Shown here: positions 26,702 through 38,300 of the stretch, piece by piece
Numbering within the stretch: position 1 is the stretch's first letter
How the letters are laid out: each line of letters opens with the position of its first letter
Assembly (NCBI GenBank): GCA_030265395.1
Contig: JARFYF010000104.1
Location: 25,542,012-25,606,011, forward strand
DNA from: Rhina ancylostomus
Taxonomy: Eukaryota
DNA length: 64,000 nt
Direction: 5' to 3'
Made by a program: the position numbers and the translations under genes
The notes under the pieces: generated by a model
What the model was told of the DNA's origin: nothing
Seen by the model: the letters and a program-made list of their open reading frames with translations, nothing else
Databases searched by the model: none

Positions 26702-26769
26702 GATCCAATGCCCCCACACCAAAGATACATCAACATCTTACACTAACGGAGTGAACCAACTCTTCGTAA

Positions 26770-26910
26770 ACAATGCAGGGTCCTGATGCAGGTTTTCGAC
26801 CCGGAACGTCGACAGTTCCTTTCCCCTCACAGATGCTGCTCCACCCGCTGACTTCCTCCATTCGATTGCTTGTTACTCCAGATTCCAGCATCCGCAGTCT
26901 CTTGTGTCTC
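26770..26910 (+). repeat. Abundant short elasmobranch repeat (probably Penelope terminal-repeat derived); related copies at ~15925, 21540-21680, 24215-24345, 27050-27105, 42950-43110, 50000-50110, 51975-52300, 61380-61720
   Basis: Shared core gatgctgc(c/t)..acc(c/t)gctgag..c(c/t)ccagca and its reverse ctggaggaactcagc.ggtc..gcagcatc. Confidence 0.65.
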
Positions 26911-27249
26911 CACAAAAGCAATCCCTTGCAGATACCTCCGTCAAGCACACAGCTATTGATATCTACACTGATACACATATTGCTATAACCTTTCCACATA
27001 TTGCGGCATAAACCCCCAACCAACCAAATGGAGCAGAAGGCAAGCCGGTGAAGGAACTGAGCGGATCAAGCAGCATCTGTGGAGGCAAAGGGATAGTCGA
27101 CGTTTCATAAACCACCAACCAATTAAAAGTCTCTCTCCCACAGCGGGATCACTATCGGCCATAGGAGCTGACTGATATAACCTCAACATCCTAAATCCAC
27201 CCCAAGTTGCCAATCATAATGAACACAGTCTGCCCTCATGTATCCATTG

Positions 27250-27500
27250 AGTATTGGTATTGGTATTGGTTTATTATTGTCACTTGTACCGAGGTACAGT
27301 GAAAAACTAGTCTTGCATATCGATCGTCAAGGTCAATTCATTACACAGTGCAGTCACATTGAGTTAGTACAAAGTGCATTAAGGCGGTACAGGTAAAAAC
27401 AATAACAGAATACAGAGTAAAGTATCACATCTACGGAGAAAGTGCAGTGCAGGTAGACAATAAGGTGCAAAGTCACAACAAGGTAGATTGTGAGGTCAGA
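27250..27500 (-). mobile_element. Non-LTR element 3' tail with (ATTGGT)n end; shorter copy at ~43237-43295
   Basis: attggtattggtttattattgtcacttgtaccgaggtacagtgaaaaac, repeated with divergence at 43240-43295. Confidence 0.7.
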
Positions 27501-30500
27501 CAATAAGGGATATCGGCCTCATAACATCGAGGGCGTGGAAATTTCCCATGTAACTAGTACTGCATCATTTACATTTATCAGTACACTAAGATCTGGAATT
27601 TGCTTTGATTCCTTTACTTTAAAATGTTGATGGGTACTGAGGAGCTGAAGTGTTTTAACACAAACCAAAAAGCAAAGCCCTCAATCCACGAGGCAGTTCG
27701 AGATCAGAGAGCCTGAAGAACGTAATGGTTAAAATTTGCAGAACCCTATTTTATCAAGGTCATTTCTAGGCAACTGCCCCTACCAACGGAACCGGTATTT
27801 CTTCCACGTTCAAACTCAACGAGGCATGAATCTGAATATCTAAATACACATATTGAAAATGGGCTACCACGACATTGTAATATTTTCGAAAAAAAGACTA
27901 TTGCAAGTTTAAACAATCACAGAGTCCCAAGTGAGATCGTATGATTTTAAATATTTCTGTGCTTTATGATCTATATGCCAGATAGACACAACTTCACAAT
28001 GTGATCGTGAAAATAAATACATCAAAACTCACACAAGTACTTGAATACTATATCGCACGAAACAACCCTGGTATTTTGACACCAGTTATAGTTAACATTA
28101 GATGAGGAGAGTGAAGACCGCGACTTCTTAAGTTGACATCAGACAGTTGTCCAGTTTGTGTGAAGTCTGGCCGTATACATTTATAGATTCTTTGTTCCAT
28201 TAACTGTACAAGTTAACATTAAAATAGTACAGAATCTTGACTTCGCAGCGACGGAGCCGGTTCATTCCGAGAGCCTGATGTTTTATGTTGTCTTTAATTG
28301 TTTAATTTTACAAACTGTTCGGAGAGCTGCACAAATATTGACAAGATACAGTCGGAATAAGACTTCGGCGTGAATTCGACAGGCGGATATTTCCTACTAG
28401 TCTGTATCTACCGTTCTGTGAATTTTAAGCACCCTGGGAGAGCAATAGCAGGGGCTAGATTTCAATGAGAACAATCAAGCGAATATAAAGAGAAAGGAAC
28501 TGCGTTTTCTCAAAACGATGACAGGAAACACCAATATTTGTACTTGAGACTCAATGCAGACTGGGGGACAGTGTAGTGAAGTCGTGTGGAAGAAGTTGAG
28601 AAGTAGATAAAATAGAATAGGGGACACATGAAGGGGAGATAAAAGCGAAAGGTTTGAGGAGAGGCTCTGTGCGTGAGAAGCGATAGAGATAGCCAGACTG
28701 CAACGCGGGGCGGGGTAGCTGGGTGAAATGAACCGAGACAGAAAAACACAAAAGAAAAGCAAAACAGGCNNNNNNNNNNNNNNNNNNNNNNNNNNNNNNN
28801 NNNNNNNNNNNNNNNNNNNNNNNNNNNNNNNNNNNNNNNNNNNNNNNNNNNNNNNNNNNNNNNNNNNNNNNNNNNNNNNNNNNNNNNNNNNNNNNNNNNN
28901 NNNNNNNNNNNNNNNNNNNNNNNNNNNNNNNNNNNNNNNNNNNNNNNNNNNNNNNNNNGATTTAATGAGCGAGAGAAAGACAAGTCTGGGGGAGGGGAGG
29001 AGAATCTCTTCTGAACATTGCGCGAGGCTCTTTTAACAGCCCTTTACTCGTTTTTCCACTTGGCTGATCCATGGCTGAACTGTAAACTTAAAATGACATG
29101 GTCTCATTAATTTGGCAAAGACGGCAAGACGTGGTCATTTAGTATACCCAGAAAGCCATTGTTTAATACGAGGTCAGGGCAAAGGTGAATCAAAACATGA
29201 GTGAACTTTACAATACCCAGAGTCTAAAAGCTACAGTGTTTTCAAATCACAGAAGTAGCTACCTTCAAATAACCGAGACATTACACAATAGTATCATACA
29301 TTATTAGTGTGCGCGGTTGTCTTTACAGTGAGAAATCAGTTGTGGATTATTGTTCGATTTGTTGTTTCATTTAAACATGCATTGTTTGTTTAGTTCGACA
29401 TTTAGATGGGAGATTCTTCTCTTCATAAGCGGAATTTACAAGGTTTTAGCATACGATTTGTACAGTGTAGTTTTGCAGTTCATTTTCTATTTATTTGCCC
29501 TTTAAGTTTGAAGCCCGAAGAAGCCAACTGCAAATGCGCTATGAACAAGTGTATGATTTTAATACACAGGCTGCAGAATTCAAACTTGACAATGGGATAA
29601 AAGCGCCTCAGAATGATCATGCAAATCAATAGGATCCGAATAATCTGAGTTCTCGCCCGTTTCCGTGTGAATGTGGAACACAGGAATTCGACATCAATTA
29701 GGCCGTTTATTCGCAGGAACCAATGTATATCTACAAGTACTAAAGCGTTTGTAACGCTCGCTGAGCCATAGTCTATTAACATATTAATTTTGGAAAGGAA
29801 ATATCGTTTAAGATTATTTGAACTGATTTGTAGCATTCTAATGCACTCTCTGTTTTCATATATTATTCAGAACATTTGAAATTAAATAAATAAATAACCT
29901 TTTGCCACATCGGCGCCATTTTAAGGTTTTGTAAAAACAAAACTGCTTGAATTATCGGGAACAGAGGATTAAAAAGTACATGTAAAGTATTATGTATCAG
30001 GAGAATCTGGATTACAAGTAAAGCGTGGATCTTTTTACATATTTTTATGATTAAAATGGATATAGAAAAATAATCTTCCAGGAAGGAACAATTATCTTGT
30101 GGCATTTTGGGCTGTGGTTTTAGTTAAGGATTTTTTTGACTGTGCAGATTTGTCTGTGCAGAACTTTGTAGCTGTAGAGAAGGTGACTATTTCCACCCTG
30201 TTCACTTGCCTCATTGATAACCACTACTTTTCTTTCAATTGACCCAGAGATAAACCCTGTCACTTCCGAGTCATCATTTTGTCATCAACTGACGTCTGAC
30301 ATATTCTTGGCATCTAATATGACAGAAACAATGGCCTTTTTTTAAACTGAGGTCAAACAGACCTACTATGAAATTTAAGTCTGAAAGTAATATCATCAAT
30401 ATTTTTGCACGTGGTTCTGTCATGACCTTGTCTACTGGGATAGATTAACTGAAGTTTGAAGACGTTTTCCCTTCCTATGTGCAGTAGAAACCTTACTGTT

Positions 30501-30609
30501 ATTGACACTATTTAAATCAATTTAATGATACTGCTGAAACTACTTTAAATCATTGATAAATAAAAAATGAACAATATTTAACAGTATGGTGAAAACAAAG
30601 GGACAAATT

Positions 30610-32860
30610 GGAACATATGCAGAGGAACTGAAGTCGTCCTTTCAGCCCCTCTAGTCTGATCTGCCATTCGGTGGTTGATTTTCCACTTCATACAAATTTT
30701 TCCTGCCTTATCCCCATTTCCCTTGAATCATTTATTCCCAGAACTCTGTTGATCTCTGTTTTGAAAGCAATGTATTTCAATTAGAAATACATTTCAATTA
30801 GATCACCTCTCATTCTTTTTCCTCTCAACTCTAAGGAATAGAGAACCAGCCTATTTGATCTCTCCTTATGTGACATTAGTACCACATTGAGAAATAGTTT
30901 GGTAAATTGAGGCTGAATTTCCTCTATGCCAGTTTTTTTTTGTGTAGGTAAGGAGATGAAAGGTGTACATGATACTCCAGGTGTGGACTCTTCAAGGGTT
31001 TGTATAATTGCAGTGTGAGATTAGAACTCTTGCACTTAAATCCTCAAGTAATGAAGACCAGCATACAATTTGCCTTCCTAATTGCCTGACGCACCTCAAT
31101 GTCAGCTTTCAGTGGCTTATGTACAAGGATACACATGTCCCTTTCAACATCATCTTCTCCCAAAGTCTCATCATTTACACTCTGGTTGTGTACCTAAGTG
31201 GATCATNNNNNNNNNNNNNNNNNNNNNNNNNNNNNNNNNNNNNNNNNNNNNNNNNNNNNNNNNNNNNNNNNNNNNNNNNNNNNNNNNNNNNNNNNNNNNN
31301 NNNNNNATCATGCCACAGTTTTCCACATTGAACTCTATGTGCAATGTTGTTGCTAGCTCACATAATTTGTCTATATTCCCCATATGCCTCTTAAGGCTTC
31401 TCACATTCCTGCTTTTCATCAGCAAACTTGGGTATGTTATATTTGGTCCCTTCCAATCATAAATACAGGTTATAAATAATTAGGGCCCAAGCATCACTCT
31501 TTGCACTACCCACTAATTACAGTCTGCTAACCCAAGAAATAGATGTTTATTATTCTGTTTTCTCTTTGTCAACCAACTCAATCTCCAAATGTGGTCTATA
31601 GAGCCCAAGTCAATGGGCTTTAATCTTGTTCACCAAACTCCTGTGTGGAATCTTATTTCTTGTTTTCTGAAAATGCAAATATACCAGATCCACTGATCTC
31701 CCTTCATCCGCTCTACTAGATACATCCTCAAGAATTTCAAAGGACTCATCAAATGTGATTTCTCTTTTATTAATCTGTATCAACTTTGTTCAATCATATT
31801 TTTATTTTGTAAATGTCTTGATATCACATCCCTTTTAAAAAATTCAAACAATTTCCCCAATATCTATGTCAAGCTAACAAGGCAATAGATCCCTGTTTTC
31901 TCTCTCCCTCACTTCTGAATTAGCAGGGCACCTTTCAGAATCTCTAGGAATCTGGAGGACGGATATCAGAGCCTCTATAATCTCCATGGCTACTTCTTTC
32001 AAAACCTTTAAATGTAGATCAAGTACTTGGGATCTATCTGTTTTCAGGCTCATTAACTTCTATCATAGATGTTTTATTAGTATTTGTTTCTTTTATGTCC
32101 TTAGTGGCTCTGGATCCTCAGTTCTCGAGAAGGTATTTTTTGTGTCTTCTTCCATCACTTCTCTTCCCTTTCCTTATTACCCATTATAAAATTTCCCATC
32201 TGTGCCAGTAAGTGACCCACAATGGCCTTCAGTAATATTTTCCTTTTTACGTACTCATAGAAAATCTGTTTTGTTTTTGGTTTCTTACTAACTTGCTCTC
32301 ATATCTTATTTCCCCCTTTAAAAATTAATTTCTCATCCACTCTTTGCTAATTTCTAAAATGCTCATAATCCCCAGGTTTTATACAATTTTATAAGCCTTT
32401 TTATTAGGTTTAATGTTATCTTTAATTTGTTCTGTAACCAAACCCTGTTATGTCTTTGTACTTTAACAGGAATATATACTTGTTGCCAGCAATTAATTCT
32501 TTCTTTAAACAGAATGAATGTATTGACCAAAAGACACTAAGAATGTAAAGAGCTTTGCAATTTATTTTTTCTTTTGTATATATTTTATTATGAATAAGGT
32601 TTATTTTTGAAATTAAAAATCTCTAAATTTTAGTGACTATCATAGCATTTAAAGTAGATTTCCCAGTCTACCATGGAAAGTTTTCCCTTCATACTTCCAC
32701 ATGTTCCTTTATTTATATTGAAAGCCTTACCTCGGATTGAACTACATCATTTTCAAACGTAATGTAAAATTCTGTCAAATTATGGTCATTCTTTCCTGGG
32801 GCCCCTTTACAAGAAGAATATTCATTAACCCTGCTCATTGCATGGTGCAGTACAAGATCC
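30610..32860 (-). mobile_element. Long decayed CR1 LINE (endonuclease end, RT and 3' end) with an internal Tx1-type tail at ~32510-32620
   Basis: Reverse motifs: LVF.FQK for D..YLDFQKAF (~31660-31690), Y.P.SLTS (~31865-31890), P.GS.LGP (~31480-31515) and CNEQG...GP...NDHN (~32780-32845). Confidence 0.8.
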
Positions 32861-33129
32861 GTTCTCCTGCGGTGTCTCAACACCCTAATCTAGAACTTTT
32901 ATCTCGTAGACCAAACAGGAAAATTATAGATTATTCTTCTGCTTTTCTGCCCATTTCTTAAAGCAACTCGCACGAAAGAGCAAAAATTACCAATTGCTTG
33001 GTTGTGTATAGTTCTTTTTTACATTTTTATTTACTGCCGTTTGCTCCTATAACCCACATCTTTTTCTAGTATTTTTGAACCTTTCCCTCTCCACTCTCTT
33101 TACATCGAGAGATACCTCGTGTGACTAGT

Positions 33130-33490
33130 GCAGGGTCTGTTTGAAATTTGGGATTCCCCAGTCTTGTAGATAAATTACTGGATTATAAACTGAATTTGTA
33201 CAACATCGATCCAGGGCATGAGTTCCATTTCAGCGTAGCAAGTGAGGAATGAAATTAAATAAAATTTGGAATTAAAGAGAAAAGATAAATTTAGTAACGG
33301 AAACTATGGAAGTACGTATTTTAGTAAAACCCCATCTGGTTCACTTCAGGGTAAAAATCCGGCATCCTTACCGAGTCTGGTCTCTATATGTGACTTCAGA
33401 CCCACCAAAGCGCTTGACCCTTAACTGCCTCCTTAGCTCAGGGGCAATGAGGGACGAGCTGACTTTGCCAGCGCCGTGGATGAAGAAAAA
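33130..33490 (+). mobile_element. Elasmobranch tRNA-derived SINE
   Basis: gagttccatttc B-box remnant, taaaaccccatctggttcact, ccttaccgagtctggtctctatatgtgacttcagacccac, tgacccttaactgcc; similar to 41990-42280. Confidence 0.7.
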
Positions 33491-35240
33491 ACAACCCTGT
33501 ACAATTCGAAGCCATCCAAAGATGGGTATGAGGGAACGTGGACTCGTGTATGGGAGGATGTCATGTTTTAAATCTTGTGTTTAATCGGCTGGTTTACATT
33601 CAGATTATTCTAAGTAATTAATTTACAGGTAATACGATTTTGATACAGGGTCTAATAATTCATCGCGCCCTTTCCCTTGCTTCGGGACGATTCACACTGT
33701 TAGTTTTAATGTAAAACGGCAACATGAAACTTTCAGTGCCCTCAAGTTACAATAACAGTACAAGAAACTCAATTATCTGATAACAAGTCACCAAAACACA
33801 GATATGTGGGGAAATGAGTACGGTTTGATTGACTAACAATATCCAGCCTTCCAAGTTAACTTTAGCTGAACTAAATTGACATTTTTACTGATGCTATCTG
33901 CACGTCTGCGGTTTTGAGTACTATAAATAAAACAATTGTGCATTAAAACCGAACCCTGCTCTCCCGGGGAGCAGTTACAGACTTAAGCAATTTTTGCAGC
34001 GAACTTCTGGAGACTACTTAGCGGAAATTGGAAACGTGTTATCATCTATAACAAGAAGAACATACATAACTAGCCGCCAATCGAATCTCCCATGGTAAGG
34101 TAAAATCGCGACTTTTGATTATGTCTGTGTGAGGTAATTTTAAGTGAAGAAGGGAGTCTCTTCATATCCAGATGTGACATATGGTTATCACATGTATTTG
34201 TGTGTGGCTTTCGTCACAAACAAACAGAAATACCCTACCCCGCATTACATACAGAATAAACGTAGCCGAACAAGTCACTAACCACAAAGCACTCAGTCTA
34301 ATCTTCTACTTAAGAATAATCTAAAAAACAATTTAACCAATGAAGTATGAAATCATAACAACTTTGGGATTCGAAGGAGCAACAACGCTCCTGTGAGAAA
34401 TCGACACAGTTCTTGGCTCCTGCCCAAGGTGGTCTAATGGCACAGAAGAACGTAATTGGGGAATTGGTCAAAAATCACCTACACTGCAATCTGCAAGGGT
34501 GCAATCAGTCTTTGACATTTGTTTGAGGCATGGTTTGGCAGCTCCACGACTCTGGTGGTAAGCCTTCTGGCAAACTGTTATGCTATATAATGTGCAAACA
34601 TTAATACATAACAGCTTCCTCCTCNNNNNNNNNNNNNNNNNNNNNNNNNNNNNNNNNNNNNNNNNNNNNNNNNNNCCAAGGGAAATGTTTGTTGTACTGC
34701 AGTCCTTGAGAATTAGATACAACAAAAAAGCTCTTGTGGGATATGGAAAGCAGACAAGCGACTGTTATGAAGGCCTGTTTTGCCTGAAGACAAGGAAATT
34801 CTTCCACAAATCTTGGTGGGATTCCGAGCAGTGAAAATTGCCTGCCTCTGGTTTGGATTTTGCTCTGTGCGAGTGTGGAGCATGTTGGGCGGGGGAAGGG
34901 GAGGTGAGGTGGTGGGGGGTGGTTTACTTTGATACAGTACCACAAATGTTTTAACTATTTGCAGCTGATTATCAACTATCGCATTTTCTTATTTGTTCTA
35001 TAGCAGCACAATTAATCTGTCTTACTTACATTACACAATACAATGTATAGATGTGCATACATATAGATTTACCAAATAATATATAAAATCCATTAAACAT
35101 TGTAAACTCTGCACTTAATAATTCGTCACGCGTCACGCAAAAAGCAACGAGGTTAGCTTGTGTAAAGTCCTGTAGATAGATTGAATTTTTTTGACTTGTT
35201 CGACAATATTTCCAGATCACTTAATCATACTTCAATACGT

Positions 35241-35323
35241 GCATTGCAACAGTGACTGCACTTCAATCCTTACTTGGCTGTGAAAGGTTCTGGGATATCC
35301 CAAGCAGCTATATAAATGGAAGT
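35241..35323 (+). mobile_element. Deu-SINE 3' tail fragment
   Basis: cattgcaacagtgactgcacttcaa...ttggctgtgaaaggttctgggatatcc...gctatataaatggaagt, homologous to the tail at ~3415-3510. Confidence 0.65.
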
Positions 35324-38300
35324 TATTTCATCTTACCGCGCAGATTGCTTAATTGTTTAAAAAAACGCTTACAATAAAACATTTCACCTGGTAATGAGAA
35401 CAAAGACTCACTTTCGAATTAATTTGGATAATTTATTCCAATTCACTCTCTGCATTTCTTAAAAAGCGCTGTTTTTTTATGGTCTATAACTTGCGTTCAA
35501 ATAGTAAATTCCTGGCCCAAAGGTATAAAAGGAGTCTCCTTGCAATATTTTTTAGAGCTGTTGAGAAATTCTATCATCCAAGATATTCACCCATTACCGC
35601 ATCTAAAAATAAATCCCTTAGATGTGTTTTAAGCTAAGACAAATCTTTTAAAGGATGCGGGCGAATCAGTTAATACATGGTGAACTCGCCCAATAACAAT
35701 CGTCTACAATTGTGAACTAAATAGATCTTTGAATAATAATTACAGCATTTTTGAGAGGATTAAATGTAACAACAATTAAGGAGGAAAGTTGGGATTCGTT
35801 AACATTTCTAGATAATGTATTAATATTGAATACTGTGAAATGAATATCTACAATATACACTTTTTAACGCAATGATTGTTCAGGAGTTTACTCAGATATA
35901 TACCTCCCATCAACAGCTTTCACTTAATATTGCATGTACCATATGGATCTCACGAAATAAAATCTATGAACAATAATCTTTTATTTTTTGAAGTTAAAAT
36001 CGAAGATAATTGAGACAAACATCATTCAATCATACCCTGCGATGGCAAACTCTTAGTTCCATGACTAGTCTTACATATCCCTCACCAGAATCAGAGGCCA
36101 ATCGCTTGAAAACACCTATCCCTGGTCGGTATGTAAAGCTTTTCTATATAAATAATCTATAATAAAAATTCGAATCCAGTGCATTGGGAAAGTTTTAATT
36201 AGGGAGCGTTTGAGAAACGCGAATGGAGAAAATCGCAATGAAAGGAATTGCTGATATCTCATTTAACGATTGCTTAAACTATTAAAACGACTACCTATTT
36301 TTTCAAATTGTAATGTTTAAACTCGAATTATATTTTTAATCCCGTGTAAGGATCTCATTAGAGATGAAAGTGTAAATGGAGCTACCTCGGTCGAGCAGGC
36401 AGGGTGCCCGCTGTGTAACGTTTCCACTGACTATACGGTCAAGTTCAGAAGACCAGTTTTTGCCGGCTTAAATTGACTTAATGTACATCGCAGGAGAATA
36501 TCTTTGTGAGTGGAGTTCGGTCCCATAAGAAAAAAAAGCCCTACGCTCATACAATCCTGTCCTGGATACCGGGGGGAGAGGGTTGATATCTGGTTTCCGA
36601 ATGGAAGTTAAACAAGAAATTAAGCCATGGGGGTTCGCTCCACTCAGCTGAGTTAGAACAGCTGCTAAGCAATCCTGGACTAAAGGAAGGAAAGTATAAA
36701 TTTGTTCTGTTTTCATACGGACGCAAAAGTACAAATTTAGTCACTGCTTGCTTTCAAGCAAGGCTCCATTTTACCATTTAGCTGACGCACTTTCAGGATT
36801 TGTGAAACTTCAGAATTTATATACAGTGGCGAATATCATCTACAGAGAAAGAAACAAAGTCGGGCAAGAATTACAGACCCCGTCACAAATAGACTTATTA
36901 AATAGTCAGTGCGAATTATGAATAACGGCATTTGATTTGTTTAACACCCCACCCCCACCCATCCCGCCACTGCAAGTAAAAACCTGATCATAGTAAGTAC
37001 TTTTGTTAGTGGCTGTGATTTTAAAACATTCCTGGGAATGAGCGCCTAATGTTTTTTTCCAGAACGGACGAAGAATTGAAGAAACATTACATTTCTTGCC
37101 GATTTGATCTTTACCGAAGACATTGGAGTCTGGAAATGACAAAATTTACAAATTACTTGGAGTTGCAACTTTACACCAGGGGAATGATTTTCCCATCCCC
37201 TTTTGCTGTAAATGGCTTACTGGTAAGGTTTGTAATTCCCAGAGAGGCGAAATGATCTCAGTTAAACACAATAAAGTATCCTTTTTCACACTGCCTATGT
37301 CACAGGGGAAAGCAGATCTTTTCCCATTAGCACTGGCTGCGACTTTCACTTGTGTGGTCCCAGCAGAAAAGTTCATAAAACTGTAAAATAAACATAAATT
37401 CTGAAACCTGTAATCCAAACCTAAATCGATAAATCATGTGTTAATCATTATTACGAACAGCCATTTCCATTTTTCTTTCGGTTTTTAGAAAAACAAATAG
37501 GATTTGCATTTGTTAAACTTCTTTATCCAGTTGAGCCGTGAGTATGAAACAACCCCTACAACCTAAGGTCCGGGTGGCAACTCAGCAGCAGACCAAATAA
37601 ACAGACCTTTAAAGTAAAATATAAAATGTTAAATAATAAAGACAAATATATTCACACGCAAGCATACACACATTACTTACAGAAATAACATAGGCTAGTA
37701 CAATGTTACATATGTCAACATAATCATATTCGTTTGATAAATATGACACATGATTATAAATTACATATTAAAATATGCATCAGTAGAGTACATACAAACA
37801 GTTAAAATGAAAAAAAAAGAAATAATTGAAAAGCCCTGTAAACACACATAGGCACAGAGATATGTCAAGTAAATCAAAATATTAATCTGTCTTTTTTAAC
37901 ATATGTGTACAGAAGGTCGTGAAAATAACACATGGACGTGATCGCTGATGACTGGTGAATGAAAGACATAGGTAAACTCCATACAACAATGTAAACAGGA
38001 AACAAGGAAGTATCTGTTGGGAAATTCTATGAAATCAGGTAGGTTTTTCACCTTCATTTATTTTCAGACTATAGCGAGGAAGACGAGGTATAATGCAAAA
38101 CTGCACACATCTTAACAGGTTCCAGTTATTCTGAAATTCCTTATTACCGGCGCTGTGCAAAATGATCTTCAGTCTTGGCTTCCCAGGGCGATATGATACC
38201 TATAAAAATTAAGAAAACGCGAATGAATATAATGATCCACATGTCGAATATTTACAAAACAGTGGCTTTAAAGACCACCATCTTTCCAGACCACCCGTGC

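Noticed and set aside
25955-26746. Longest ORF in the track (263 aa)
   Set aside because: Frameshifted RTE remnant running through an N gap and a (CA)n repeat; not a gene.
37520-37545. ttctttatccAG-ttgagcc-GTGAGT possible 7-nt microexon
   Set aside because: Not frame-preserving, short pyrimidine tract and no host gene; probably chance.
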